64,000 nucleotides of DNA from a virus (Duplodnaviria > Heunggongvirae > Uroviricota > Caudoviricetes). The position numbers and the translations under genes were made by a program. Each line of letters starts with the position of its first letter. The first letter of the stretch is position 1. Positions 38,340-47,762 of this stretch are shown here, in pieces. Location of the stretch: IMG/VR virus record IMGVR_UViG_3300037418_003103, one strand, 5' to 3'. The notes under the pieces are model-generated. The model made no database searches. It worked only from the letters and a program-made list of their open reading frames with translations, and was not told where the DNA came from.

Positions 38340-38915
38340 TTAATCATCACTTTCAACAAGGTCACCAGCGTCATAGATTACTTCGCAGGTATCGAGAATG
38401 AACATTCTCATTTTACTTGTTCTCATTCCCTTTCTTAACTCATCCTTTGCAATGGTTAGTGCCCTTTTATTAGTCTTTGGATAGTTGCCTTCAATCAAAA
38501 TTGTTTTATTGATCTTTGAGCCAAAGGCATATATCTTATCGAGCGTTAAATGATACTTAACATTTTCACATATATGTTCGTATGCTTCCGTTTGCGCAAT
38601 ACTCATGTTTGTGTTGGGCGCTATGAGTGAATTTAATAATTCAGTACGCGCCTTTTCCAAGTCAACTAATGAACTAACATAAGTACCTTTTAAAAGGTCT
38701 AAATTGGTCAGGTAATCAATATCCTTTGCCTTCTCTCTTTCGTAATTCAAACCGATATTAATGATGTAGTTTGAAGTTTCACCATGCTTATTGGTGTAGT
38801 TGCTAATAGACAAGAAACTAACACCTGTTGGGCTATTAGCAATTTTTGCCTTCATGTCCTCAATTTTCTCAATTGTTTCTTTTCCTGTTTCAATGAGTGT
38901 AACTAAATTTTCCAT
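38340..38915 (-). CDS. Hypothetical cassette protein
   Basis: 191 aa; own promoter at 38945. Confidence 0.75.
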   Translation of the reverse strand: MENLVTLIETGKETIEKIEDMKAKIANSPTGVSFLSISNYTNKHGETSNYIINIGLNYEREKAKDIDYLTNLDLLKGTYVSSLVDLEKARTELLNSLIAPNTNMSIAQTEAYEHICENVKYHLTLDKIYAFGSKINKTILIEGNYPKTNKRALTIAKDELRKGMRTSKMRMFILDTCEVIYDAGDLVESDD

Positions 38916-39118
38916 AATGCTTTTTGTTTAGATTAATAATGAAGTGCAAAAGTAAGACTAATTTTTCATTAATCCAAATCCATGTTAAATTTATTTTTTT
39001 GTAATATATTACAGCTGGTTTAAATACGAAGGTACGAAATAAAGTTCAAACAAAAAATAATTTTTTAAATTATTTTTTATAGCTTTGCAGTTAAGCGACT
39101 TAATGAGATAGACTATAT

Positions 39119-39325
39119 TCAAACCTCATATATCCAGGCATCCTTTGCTTCGCATTTTTCTGTTCTAAGATCTGAGGCAAGATCATGTGCCCATTCAGAA
39201 AGTTGCTCATCTGTTTCATCACCCTGAAAATTCCAGTCTACCAATTCCCCTTCAGCTAGTGGTTCGACGCCAAACTTTTGTAAAAAACGATTAAACGTGT
39301 TGTAGGATTCTTGTTTTGTTGTCAT
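39119..39325 (-). CDS. Hypothetical cassette protein
   Basis: 68 aa; promoter at 39344. Confidence 0.7.
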   Translation of the reverse strand: MTTKQESYNTFNRFLQKFGVEPLAEGELVDWNFQGDETDEQLSEWAHDLASDLRTEKCEAKDAWIYEV

Positions 39326-39407
39326 GCTGGAAATGATTTAGACCGCAAAGATAAGATTAATAATTGGACTTACCAAAAACTATTTTACGCCTACACAAAT
39401 GTGTACA

Positions 39408-39686
39408 TTAATAAGTATATGTCTTATCTATAGCGCCAAGAGCCGCAGCAAACTGATGATAAAAAAAATGGTGACCCATAAAACGAAGTGAGGATTGCAT
39501 GGTTATAAGCCTGAGAATACTCAGCTTGCTCATTGCTTCAATCGCTCCATCGGTCTCTGTGATTTCCCTCAGCTCCTTCGTTAGGTCTGTAAACTCTTTA
39601 TAAACCACATGTTGAGGCGCTGAATAATGCTGTATGTAGTGTTTAAAGCATTTCGCCACGATCTTGTTCGGGTGATTCTTATCCAT
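39408..39686 (-). CDS. Hypothetical cassette protein
   Basis: Start trimmed to MDKNHP; promoter at 39706. Confidence 0.65.
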   Translation of the reverse strand: MDKNHPNKIVAKCFKHYIQHYSAPQHVVYKEFTDLTKELREITETDGAIEAMSKLSILRLITMQSSLRFMGHHFFYHQFAAALGAIDKTYTY

Positions 39687-39797
39687 TGTTACTATCGGTT
39701 TAAGGTGCAAATATAAGATTAATAATTTAACCAGCCAAAATTATTTACGCGGACACAAATGTGTACATTAAGCGTCCTCTGGCTATCAACGCCAAAA

Positions 39798-40181
39798 TTA
39801 TTTGTAATAACAAACGAAGTCATCCTGTAACCTCTCGCCATCCTCTCCATTATGCTGCCACATGATTGGCTGTGATAATTTTACCCTGTAGCATCCATTT
39901 ATAATCAATTCTTCACCCTTCTTTATCTCATAAGATAAACTAATGGGATGCACTTCAATAATTTCAGCTGTCAAGTCTTCTATGTGATAATTGTTCTCTT
40001 TGAGCGGCAGTAGTATTTTCTTCCCTATCCTGTATTGTAATTGTTTTATCCTTGCATGCTTAAAGTGATTAGATTCTATTAACTTACTGTTAACGCCTTC
40101 CAAGTATTCCTCAGCGGTTTTTATTTCCCATTCGTGGCAACCCACAAGGTCTGAATATTCTACAAGATACATTGCCTTCAT
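39798..40181 (-). CDS. Hypothetical cassette protein
   Basis: Start trimmed to MKAMY; promoter at 40198. Confidence 0.7.
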   Translation of the reverse strand: MKAMYLVEYSDLVGCHEWEIKTAEEYLEGVNSKLIESNHFKHARIKQLQYRIGKKILLPLKENNYHIEDLTAEIIEVHPISLSYEIKKGEELIINGCYRVKLSQPIMWQHNGEDGERLQDDFVCYYK

Positions 40182-40237
40182 TCTTATTGATTTAGACTGC
40201 AAAGATAAGACTAATTTTGTAAGGCGCCAAATTTATT

Positions 40238-40510
40238 TTAACTCCATACGCCCGCACCCTCTAAATACCAGACAAGACAGGTATTAAAAGACAGGCCAAG
40301 TTTATGAGCAACTTCTTTAACTCCGTTAATTATTTCGCCCGCGTCTTCACCCTGTGAAAAGAATTCACAGCCATTCATACCTACTGAAATATAAGGTAGC
40401 CCATAATTGACTTCGATATCGACGTACCCGAAGCCTCTTTTTTTCATCACTTTTTTACAAGTGGTAGAAATTATTTTCTTTAATTCTTTTGCTGTCATAT
40501 CTTTGTCCAT
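40238..40510 (-). CDS. Hypothetical protein
   Basis: 90 aa ORF. Confidence 0.65.
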   Translation of the reverse strand: MDKDMTAKELKKIISTTCKKVMKKRGFGYVDIEVNYGLPYISVGMNGCEFFSQGEDAGEIINGVKEVAHKLGLSFNTCLVWYLEGAGVWS

Positions 40511-40516
40511 AGTGTT

Positions 40517-40873
40517 TTATAATGGAATTATTATACCCATCTTTAATATCATTTGTCTAAGAATCCAGTTCTTTATTAATTGCTGTGTTTCTTTACAGAA
40601 TATTCCATGCTGTCCCTGAACGGAATTATACGTTGTAATGTTAACCACTACAAAGGTTTGTTTCATTGCGTATTCAATGCTAAAGTCTGGACGAAACAAA
40701 TACTTACAAAATATACTTCCTTTTGGCTTAAGGCTTCTAGAATTATCGTTCAGATACTCATCCACTTCTGAGATATATTCAGTATGCCGATGCACCGCAT
40801 CTTTAAAGTGGTACATCTCCACGGCTGTGGTTAAGACAACACTAAGTCCTGCTTCTGTTTCTGTTATTTCCAT
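40517..40873 (-). CDS. Hypothetical protein
   Basis: 118 aa ORF. Confidence 0.6.
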   Translation of the reverse strand: MEITETEAGLSVVLTTAVEMYHFKDAVHRHTEYISEVDEYLNDNSRSLKPKGSIFCKYLFRPDFSIEYAMKQTFVVVNITTYNSVQGQHGIFCKETQQLIKNWILRQMILKMGIIIPL

Positions 40874-40887
40874 GATACAAATTTATG

Positions 40888-41136
40888 CTATTTTTGATAC
40901 TCATATTCAGGGTCGTTTCTGTACCCATCAAAAGAAACGTTGTAATCGTTGAAGTCTTTCTCACTTGCAAGCCTTACAGCTCTATGAGAAGTAAAGATCC
41001 ATCCCTCCAATCTGCCACAAGTTGAGCCTCTGAGAATTGAGGCATGAAGAATTCCTGCAGTTTCTGGCCATGTTCTATTGGGCTGAATGTATCCGAGAAT
41101 GCACTCGTCAATTACCACCAATTTAATCTTGTCCAT
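40888..41136 (-). CDS. Hypothetical cassette protein
   Basis: 82 aa; LGYI...GILHASILRG...RLASEKDF; promoter at 41154. Confidence 0.7.
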   Translation of the reverse strand: MDKIKLVVIDECILGYIQPNRTWPETAGILHASILRGSTCGRLEGWIFTSHRAVRLASEKDFNDYNVSFDGYRNDPEYEYQK

Positions 41137-41248
41137 GATTGATTGATTTAGACTGCAAATATAGGATTAATTATTGACTTCACCAAATAAAAAAGCCACA
41201 AATTCATGTGGCCTTCATCATTAATCAATCCGACAAAAACAAAAAAAA

Positions 41249-41692
41249 CTATTTTAATAACGTATCGTAATCGACAAGTTCCTGATACTCCAATACTGGT
41301 CTGTGTTTTCTAAGAAGTTCCTTGTAATTGATACAAAACTTCTCTATTGCTTTCAATACAGCTGCTTCGTTCTTCTGTGGCGTCCTAAATGGAATATTTT
41401 CACCCTTCATGGCCAAATACTTTTCAGCAGGATCATTTAGATTAGGCTGTCTATATATTCTTCTTCCGCCATTTCCGCCAAACACTTGTGGATGCAATTC
41501 AAGCGTCCACAAGTCAAACAAAAGGCTCACAGCCTGTGGTTTTTGATCTCTCACATCATTAATATTGTAATCAGATGCAGCAATTTTAATGGCCAAGTAT
41601 TTACCCTCACCTAAAAAATGCTTACCGAATGATACTTCACTCCAAAATCCTGGGAGTTGCTTTGCAATGATCGCTTCAATTTTTTCTTTCAT
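41249..41692 (-). CDS. Hypothetical cassette protein
   Basis: 147 aa; promoter at 41710. Confidence 0.75.
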   Translation of the reverse strand: MKEKIEAIIAKQLPGFWSEVSFGKHFLGEGKYLAIKIAASDYNINDVRDQKPQAVSLLFDLWTLELHPQVFGGNGGRRIYRQPNLNDPAEKYLAMKGENIPFRTPQKNEAAVLKAIEKFCINYKELLRKHRPVLEYQELVDYDTLLK

Positions 41693-41744
41693 TACGTATT
41701 GATTTAGGTCACAAAGATAAGACTAATTATTGACCCAGCCAAAT

Positions 41745-41945
41745 TTATTTTTGAATACCTTTTTCGCTCAGATCCTTTATTATAAGATCGTCAGCCTCTT
41801 TTAATCGCTTCCTGAGAACGATAATAGAACTTTCTCTCTGGACAATAATGTCTGTTAATTGTTCTGGCGTATAAGTTTTCCAAGGACCGTCAGGAGTAAT
41901 TCTATAATGAAGAACCCCATCAATTATTTTTTCTGCATAATACAT
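41745..41945 (-). CDS. Hypothetical cassette protein
   Basis: 66 aa; promoter at 41963. Confidence 0.65.
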   Translation of the reverse strand: MYYAEKIIDGVLHYRITPDGPWKTYTPEQLTDIIVQRESSIIVLRKRLKEADDLIIKDLSEKGIQK

Positions 41946-41975
41946 GATCGAATGATTTAGGCTGCAAATATAAGA

Positions 41976-42248
41976 CTATTTTTTTAAACTAACAACTTTA
42001 TTTTCTGTTTCGCACCAACTTGAATTAATCTTATATTTCTTGTCGTGCTGTTCTGAAATTAATATTGGTGCAACCGTCACGCCATTTGGATAAGTTATAA
42101 CAGCCCCTATATAAACAGTATCGACCTCTGAACCCACATATAATGAATCAAAGGCTGTGATAACCCCACATTTACTTGTGTCTGTATTTTCTTTTTTACA
42201 AGATGCCAGTAATGCCAGCACTGAGAATAAGAGTATAATTTTTTTCAT
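41976..42248 (-). CDS. Putative lipoprotein
   Basis: MKKIILLFSVLALLAS-CKKEN lipobox; promoter at 42265. Confidence 0.75.
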   Translation of the reverse strand: MKKIILLFSVLALLASCKKENTDTSKCGVITAFDSLYVGSEVDTVYIGAVITYPNGVTVAPILISEQHDKKYKINSSWCETENKVVSLKK

Positions 42249-42309
42249 TTTATTAATTTGATACTGCAAATATAAGACTAATTATTTAAAGTACCAAATT
42301 TATTTATAA

Positions 42310-42684
42310 TTAAAAATTTGACCTTAATCCATGTTGTTTCCTTTTTGCATCTTCCAGTAGAATGTCTATGTATGCGCTTATTGTTTCCCATGTTATACCA
42401 AAGTTGCAATCGTGGTTGTCTTTCATCATTTGTAAAATTTCTCTTGCTTGATCTTCGGTTATCTCTTTTCCGTCCTTCCTTGCTTGCTCTGTCACATCCT
42501 CAATACTCCAAACTATTGAAATGGTGTTATCTTTTGCATCTTCCAGTAGAATGTCAATAAATTGTTCTATATCGTCCTCTATTGCTGTTACTGCAATTCT
42601 TTCTGAATTTGCGCTCATTGCAAATACCACTTTTGTTTTATCCTCAATTTTATTTAATTCGGCAATCAATTCGTTTACTGTCAT
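42310..42684 (-). CDS. Hypothetical protein with internal IDILLEDAK duplication
   Basis: 24-bp DNA repeat at 42343-42366 and 42532-42555. Confidence 0.7.
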   Translation of the reverse strand: MTVNELIAELNKIEDKTKVVFAMSANSERIAVTAIEDDIEQFIDILLEDAKDNTISIVWSIEDVTEQARKDGKEITEDQAREILQMMKDNHDCNFGITWETISAYIDILLEDAKRKQHGLRSNF

Positions 42685-42964
42685 GATTTTAGTTTTTTAT
42701 TTACTGTAATTCCTTACTGCGAGCGTAAGCATATTATTTAAATTTTATTACTCGATTCTTTTTGAACTCGAAGCCAAAGGCGTTATCGATAAAGACTTCA
42801 GTGATCGTGCCTTGTGCGGCTAATTTTTCCATATCTGAATTAGCAGCTTCTTTTGTCACGTAAACATAGAGGTAAGTGTCCAATCCAATTATTTCTTTTG
42901 ATATCATTATTTAAGTTTTAGATCGCAAATATAACAGTAATTATTGAAAGTACCAAATTTATTT

Positions 42965-43432
42965 TCACCAAGCTGCTAGGTCTCTTTCTGGCATCTGAAT
43001 AGTAGTATTAAGAATCTCATGCAGGTTATTAATGGATGACTTAAAGCCAAATTTGATAAGATCCTTCACAGGAGTGTCTTGGTTATTAAGATAAGCGTGT
43101 GACTCTTCACTCAAAGTAGCGGAATAATTATCGGCTTTGTCAAGTCTCATAAAGACCGTATCTGCATCCTTTGGATTGTGCTTGCCCGCTTCATCACTTC
43201 CAATCCATATTCGCAAATTAGTATCTCTGTCTTCAATGGCAAGGCAAAGTTCATTACCCGCAAATAATTTATCCAGCCGTTCTTGAAGCGTGGTATTAAA
43301 TGATATATCAGTTATTTTAATGTCATCCTGAAAAGCCTGATATAATCCAGCGGTTAATCCCGCTTTGATTTCATCAAATGTTACGTTCTCACCCGTGAGG
43401 ACTTCAAGACAAAGATTTATTTTCTGTTTCAT
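42965..43432 (-). CDS. Hypothetical cassette protein
   Basis: 155 aa; promoter at 43448. Confidence 0.7.
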   Translation of the reverse strand: MKQKINLCLEVLTGENVTFDEIKAGLTAGLYQAFQDDIKITDISFNTTLQERLDKLFAGNELCLAIEDRDTNLRIWIGSDEAGKHNPKDADTVFMRLDKADNYSATLSEESHAYLNNQDTPVKDLIKFGFKSSINNLHEILNTTIQMPERDLAAW

Positions 43433-43460
43433 GTTATTGATTTAGACTACAAATATAAGA

Positions 43461-43757
43461 TTAATTATTGGTATCATCAAATTTATTTTTAAAATACTGA
43501 ACAAATATGCAGTACCTGAAAATAAACCGTCCCAATGCCTGTAGTTCTTCAATGGTAGATCTTTTGAATGATTCATAAAAAGGAGATTCTTTGCTACATG
43601 GGCTACCAAATACTGGCGGTTTATACTCCCATAAAATAGGTAGTTTAACGCCGTTCTTATACAACCTGCCAGCGCATTCAAACCAAGCATCTATAGCATC
43701 GTCACTGGTATCAGTACAAATTGTTCTGAACTCATCCTTAAATTGTTTGATTGACAT
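43461..43757 (-). CDS. Hypothetical cassette protein
   Basis: 98 aa; truncated promoter copy at 43775. Confidence 0.65.
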   Translation of the reverse strand: MSIKQFKDEFRTICTDTSDDAIDAWFECAGRLYKNGVKLPILWEYKPPVFGSPCSKESPFYESFKRSTIEELQALGRFIFRYCIFVQYFKNKFDDTNN

Positions 43758-43787
43758 AATTTATAGATTTAGACTGCAAATATAAGA

Positions 43788-43976
43788 CTATTTATCCGAA
43801 TGATCAAAAATATATTTCCTTCTCGAATAAAGGAAGAGTATTATAATCACATCTTCATAACTTGCCTTATCATTAAGGAATTTATCTAAGCCCTGTATTA
43901 GGTGCAGAAATCCAATAATTACACTAAATATTATGGCAGGTATTAGCAGTTGAAATAAAAATTTTTTTAATTCCAT
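43788..43976 (-). CDS. Small membrane protein
   Basis: Two hydrophobic segments. Confidence 0.55.
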   Translation of the reverse strand: MELKKFLFQLLIPAIIFSVIIGFLHLIQGLDKFLNDKASYEDVIIILFLYSRRKYIFDHSDK

Positions 43977-43988
43977 TGTGTCTGGTTT

Positions 43989-44327
43989 TTATATTATATA
44001 AGGAAGTTCTTTTAATTTAAGTCCTTCATTCTCGCTCTCAATTTCATCCCCGCATTCTTCACAGTAACCACCCTCTAGCCACTTTTCACCCTCATATATT
44101 ATCCTGTTACAACCATTGCAGGAACAGATTAAATTAACGCTCTTGCACATCCAATTCTCATATACAACATTTTTCTTCTCAGGACTGCGTAGCAGCCAAA
44201 TATTCTTTATTTCCCTGTCAGTTAGGGCTATGTAATTTTTATTGAAGCCACAATCTCTTTGTAGTTCGTCTTTTTCTTTGTTGCCAAGTGTTCTCCACCA
44301 AGCAAGAGCCTTTTCTATATTTGTCAT
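43989..44327 (-). CDS. Hypothetical protein with C-terminal zinc ribbon
   Basis: CSCNGC...YCEEC; start trimmed to MTNIEK. Confidence 0.65.
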   Translation of the reverse strand: MTNIEKALAWWRTLGNKEKDELQRDCGFNKNYIALTDREIKNIWLLRSPEKKNVVYENWMCKSVNLICSCNGCNRIIYEGEKWLEGGYCEECGDEIESENEGLKLKELPYII

Positions 44328-44389
44328 GATGATTGATTTAGACTGCAAATATAAGACTATTAATTGAAACTACCAAATTTATTTGTTTA

Positions 44390-44620
44390 TTAACGGTTGT
44401 TACATATAGATTGCCCTATTTCAAAATGAATAAAGTGCGCACTATCAACTCCAACCTTAATTTTTGTTAGTGTATCATTCAATGATGGAACAAAATATTT
44501 TATTACCTGATCACCGCCAGGTATTTCAATTATTTCTGTAATAGTGCCACAAGCGGGCGTTTCTTTTTTACAACTCATAAATAAAGAGGCTAAAAGAACT
44601 AAAGTAATTATTATTTTCAT
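44390..44620 (-). CDS. Putative lipoprotein, paralog of 41976..42248
   Basis: MKIIITLVLLASLFMS-CKKETPACGTIT. Confidence 0.7.
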   Translation of the reverse strand: MKIIITLVLLASLFMSCKKETPACGTITEIIEIPGGDQVIKYFVPSLNDTLTKIKVGVDSAHFIHFEIGQSICNNR

Positions 44621-45020
44621 GATGTTTGTTTTTGCAATGATTGCCTTTTGTTTAATTAATATATGTTGTTTCCTTGCTACCAATCTTCTTTAAATCATTG
44701 TGAGGAAAATCCTTCAGATATGAAGATGGAACACAGGATCTAATAACACCCTTTGGAGTTAGGTCTGATTTCTTCTCAATCTTCTTTTTGGGTAAAAGGA
44801 ATTTAAACATTGTTATTGATTTAATAAGATGCAAAAATAAGACTAATTATTTTAAGTACCAAATTTATTTTGAATCGGTAGTATGTTACTGAATTAGCCA
44901 GAACATGCGAACCTTGTATGTTTATTTGTTATAAAACGGTAATTTATTACCGTTTCACAACTACTTTTGATACAGTACCAAAAGCCAGATTTGGAATAAG
45001 CATAATAAATTTATTTAATT

Positions 45021-45257
45021 TTAATATTTTGTAAGGGTCTCATTTATCTTCTTAATAGAAGTGTCCGCCCATTCCTGAATTCCCATTTCATCAAATGATT
45101 TATCGAACGGATATTTTTCAGTAATGAAGTCATTTACATCTATTTCACCCTCTGAATGTAATCCAGTTAATATTCTTGCACTCTCTGTAAAAAGGACTAA
45201 GCTGTGAGTAAGATTCTGTAAAAATTCTCGTTCTGCTGGTGTTAGTAATCGTGTCAT
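45021..45257 (-). CDS. Hypothetical cassette protein
   Basis: YPFDKSFDEM; promoter at 45274. Confidence 0.7.
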   Translation of the reverse strand: MTRLLTPAEREFLQNLTHSLVLFTESARILTGLHSEGEIDVNDFITEKYPFDKSFDEMGIQEWADTSIKKINETLTKY

Positions 45258-45294
45258 TTGATTGATTTTGATTTGCAAATATAAGACTAATTAT

Positions 45295-46086
45295 TTACTT
45301 CACCAAATTTATTTGATGTTTAATTGAAACGTCACGATACAATCTGTGTTCCCTTAACATTTCGTATTCATCCATCGGCATCTTCAAATAGACATTCTTA
45401 CCCTTTATATGAGTAAACAGCTCCATGAATTTATCTAGTTGATCCATGTTAATTAATTGCGTCTCAATCCATACATTGCTTGCTTCTTGTAAACTTTTAA
45501 GAATGTAATCAGTGGACACTGATCTAAGAGAAGTAATGGCCTGTATATCACCCGCATCACTACCCAATAAATCACGTATTTCTTTAAACGTCTCAGGACT
45601 GCACTCGTTTGAATTTTCAAGTATTAGAGTATCTGCCGACACATGGCTTTCATCCTTTGGAAAGCCCTCACCCTTTGTTATGAGCGTCTCTACAATTTCG
45701 CCATGCCATATTTTTAAAAACACATCCAAACCACAGTAACCACCACCTTCTCTAACAAGAATATTTCCACAGGCTCTGAATGTTTTAATCATTCCTATTA
45801 ACCTTCCATCCAATACTTCAGCTAACAAAAATATTGGATACGTTTTTTCACCCTGTTTAGATGACTTACGCCTTGCGTTCATGTAGTCAATAATTCTTGT
45901 GTCACGCGGATTAGTTGAGGTAGTTGAAAACTTATCACCCTTTATACTCGAATGATGTAAAAAGTTTACTGAATCTGTATATACCATAACATCGTTATGT
46001 GGTAAAATATCCTCTTCATTCTCTATTAATTTTTGCCAGGATAAGATTTCACCCTCACCTGTTTTAATTTTTACAAATTTTGCCAT
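45295..46086 (-). CDS. Hypothetical cassette protein
   Basis: ~263 aa; promoter at 46103. Confidence 0.75.
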   Translation of the reverse strand: MAKFVKIKTGEGEILSWQKLIENEEDILPHNDVMVYTDSVNFLHHSSIKGDKFSTTSTNPRDTRIIDYMNARRKSSKQGEKTYPIFLLAEVLDGRLIGMIKTFRACGNILVREGGGYCGLDVFLKIWHGEIVETLITKGEGFPKDESHVSADTLILENSNECSPETFKEIRDLLGSDAGDIQAITSLRSVSTDYILKSLQEASNVWIETQLINMDQLDKFMELFTHIKGKNVYLKMPMDEYEMLREHRLYRDVSIKHQINLVK

Positions 46087-46240
46087 GATTAATGATTTAG
46101 ACTGCAAATATAAGACTAATTATTTAAAGTACCAAATTTATTTCATAGAAAAGCCCCATATTTCTATGAGGCAATTCATTAGCTTTATCCGCGCGTAAGA
46201 TATATCTTTTTTATTTACCAACCAAATTTATTTTTTAGTC

Positions 46241-46402
46241 CTATTCACCCTCATCGATGCTTATGATATATAAGCAATTATCCTTGCAATACGTCACAAG
46301 CTCATCCCAAGAAGTAAAGGTTTTTATAATCGTAAACTCATCATCAGCATTTTCTCTGATATCCCATATTTCAGCATTAAAAATAGCGGCAACATCTTTC
46401 AT
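46241..46402 (-). CDS. Small hypothetical cassette protein
   Basis: Promoter at 46419. Confidence 0.6.
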   Translation of the reverse strand: MKDVAAIFNAEIWDIRENADDEFTIIKTFTSWDELVTYCKDNCLYIISIDEGE

Positions 46403-46431
46403 TGTAATTGATTTAGACCACAAATATAAGA

Positions 46432-46914
46432 CTAATTATTTACTTCACCAAATTTATTTTCTTTAATCATATATCTTAGCCATCTTTTTTTAGCTCTTAA
46501 TCTTTCTATTTCTTTAACAATTGTTTTATCCTTTGGTAGGGATAGAATAACTTCCCATGTACCCTTCAACATTATTTTTGGATTTAAGAGTTCTTTATTA
46601 AATCTGCATAGAGTAAAATGAGTATAATTAAATACATAAATGTTGGTCAGTTTTCTATATCCTTTATCAGTAATATAGTTCCAATGATCAGAAATTCTTA
46701 GCCTCTCATCATTATTATAGAAACTTTTACTCATGGGAGATTTTTCAATAATCTCCCATGTTTTTAATTCTTCCAGTAATTCTTTTGGCATTTGATGTAA
46801 GCTGGTTTGTTCCAGTCTACTTAATTTAATACAAGGGTCGTACAGGCTGCGAATAAATATTTTAATTTCGCTCGCACATCTTGAATACTCTGCCATTGCC
46901 TTCCTTCTATCCAT
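46432..46914 (-). CDS. Hypothetical cassette protein
   Basis: 160 aa; SKSFY...RLRISDHWNY. Confidence 0.7.
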   Translation of the reverse strand: MDRRKAMAEYSRCASEIKIFIRSLYDPCIKLSRLEQTSLHQMPKELLEELKTWEIIEKSPMSKSFYNNDERLRISDHWNYITDKGYRKLTNIYVFNYTHFTLCRFNKELLNPKIMLKGTWEVILSLPKDKTIVKEIERLRAKKRWLRYMIKENKFGEVNN

Positions 46915-46959
46915 TATGCCACAAATATATGTTTACTTGTTGTAATTACCAAATTTATT

Positions 46960-47214
46960 TTATACACTTAGTGGTCTATAAAAAGTATGATAACCGCGTG
47001 TAATAACCTTACAAGGCTCTGAGGTTTTAGGATTCACTTCATAAAAGGAAATTATTTGGTCAAAGCTCCTATTATTCATTACCTTATACCATGTTAGGGT
47101 ATCTGTCGGACGTGCCTTTAATTCATCCTTAATAACCTGCAACGCCTCTTCTTTATTGAAGACCTTAGGTTCGTAGATCCTTGCCTCTAATTCATCCGAG
47201 TATAAATAATTCAT
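46960..47214 (-). CDS. Hypothetical cassette protein
   Basis: 84 aa; promoter at 47232. Confidence 0.65.
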   Translation of the reverse strand: MNYLYSDELEARIYEPKVFNKEEALQVIKDELKARPTDTLTWYKVMNNRSFDQIISFYEVNPKTSEPCKVITRGYHTFYRPLSV

Positions 47215-47439
47215 GATTGATTGATTTAGATCACAAATATAAGACTAATTATTCACTTCACCAAATTTTATTTTTGTTAAGGATTATTAACAATACAGCC
47301 TTGTATTGTTAATAATATTTAACGTTATAAGTTGTTTCTTTAAGGCAAGCGCACAATTGTGTACATACCCCTGAAGCTAAAAGATCCCTACACTGAGGGA
47401 TCTCTTGCCTAAATCTAAACAATCAATAATAAACCGAAC

Positions 47440-47634
47440 TTATTTTATAAACGTTGCTCCCCAAATAATGATATATTTGAACCCCAGTAGCAATACTATT
47501 AAATACAGACAAGTTGCTATAATACCTGCGCCCCCAAAATCATCTGCCTTACCTATTCCTCGCCACATCCAATTGATTAGGTTCGTAAGAACCAATATTA
47601 CAATCGCAAGAACAATAACAGCAAAAAGCGCCAT
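47440..47634 (-). CDS. Small membrane protein
   Basis: Strongly hydrophobic, 2 TM segments. Confidence 0.55.
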   Translation of the reverse strand: MALFAVIVLAIVILVLTNLINWMWRGIGKADDFGGAGIIATCLYLIVLLLGFKYIIIWGATFIK

Positions 47635-47762
47635 GATATAATTTTTAAAAGTAGGGGTTCGGTCACAGTCCGACTTGAGTGTCACAAGTTTTCTTAATCT
47701 TAGAGTAGTTCCTTACCCCCTTAGGACTACAAAGATAAGACAAATTATTTAAACTACCAACT

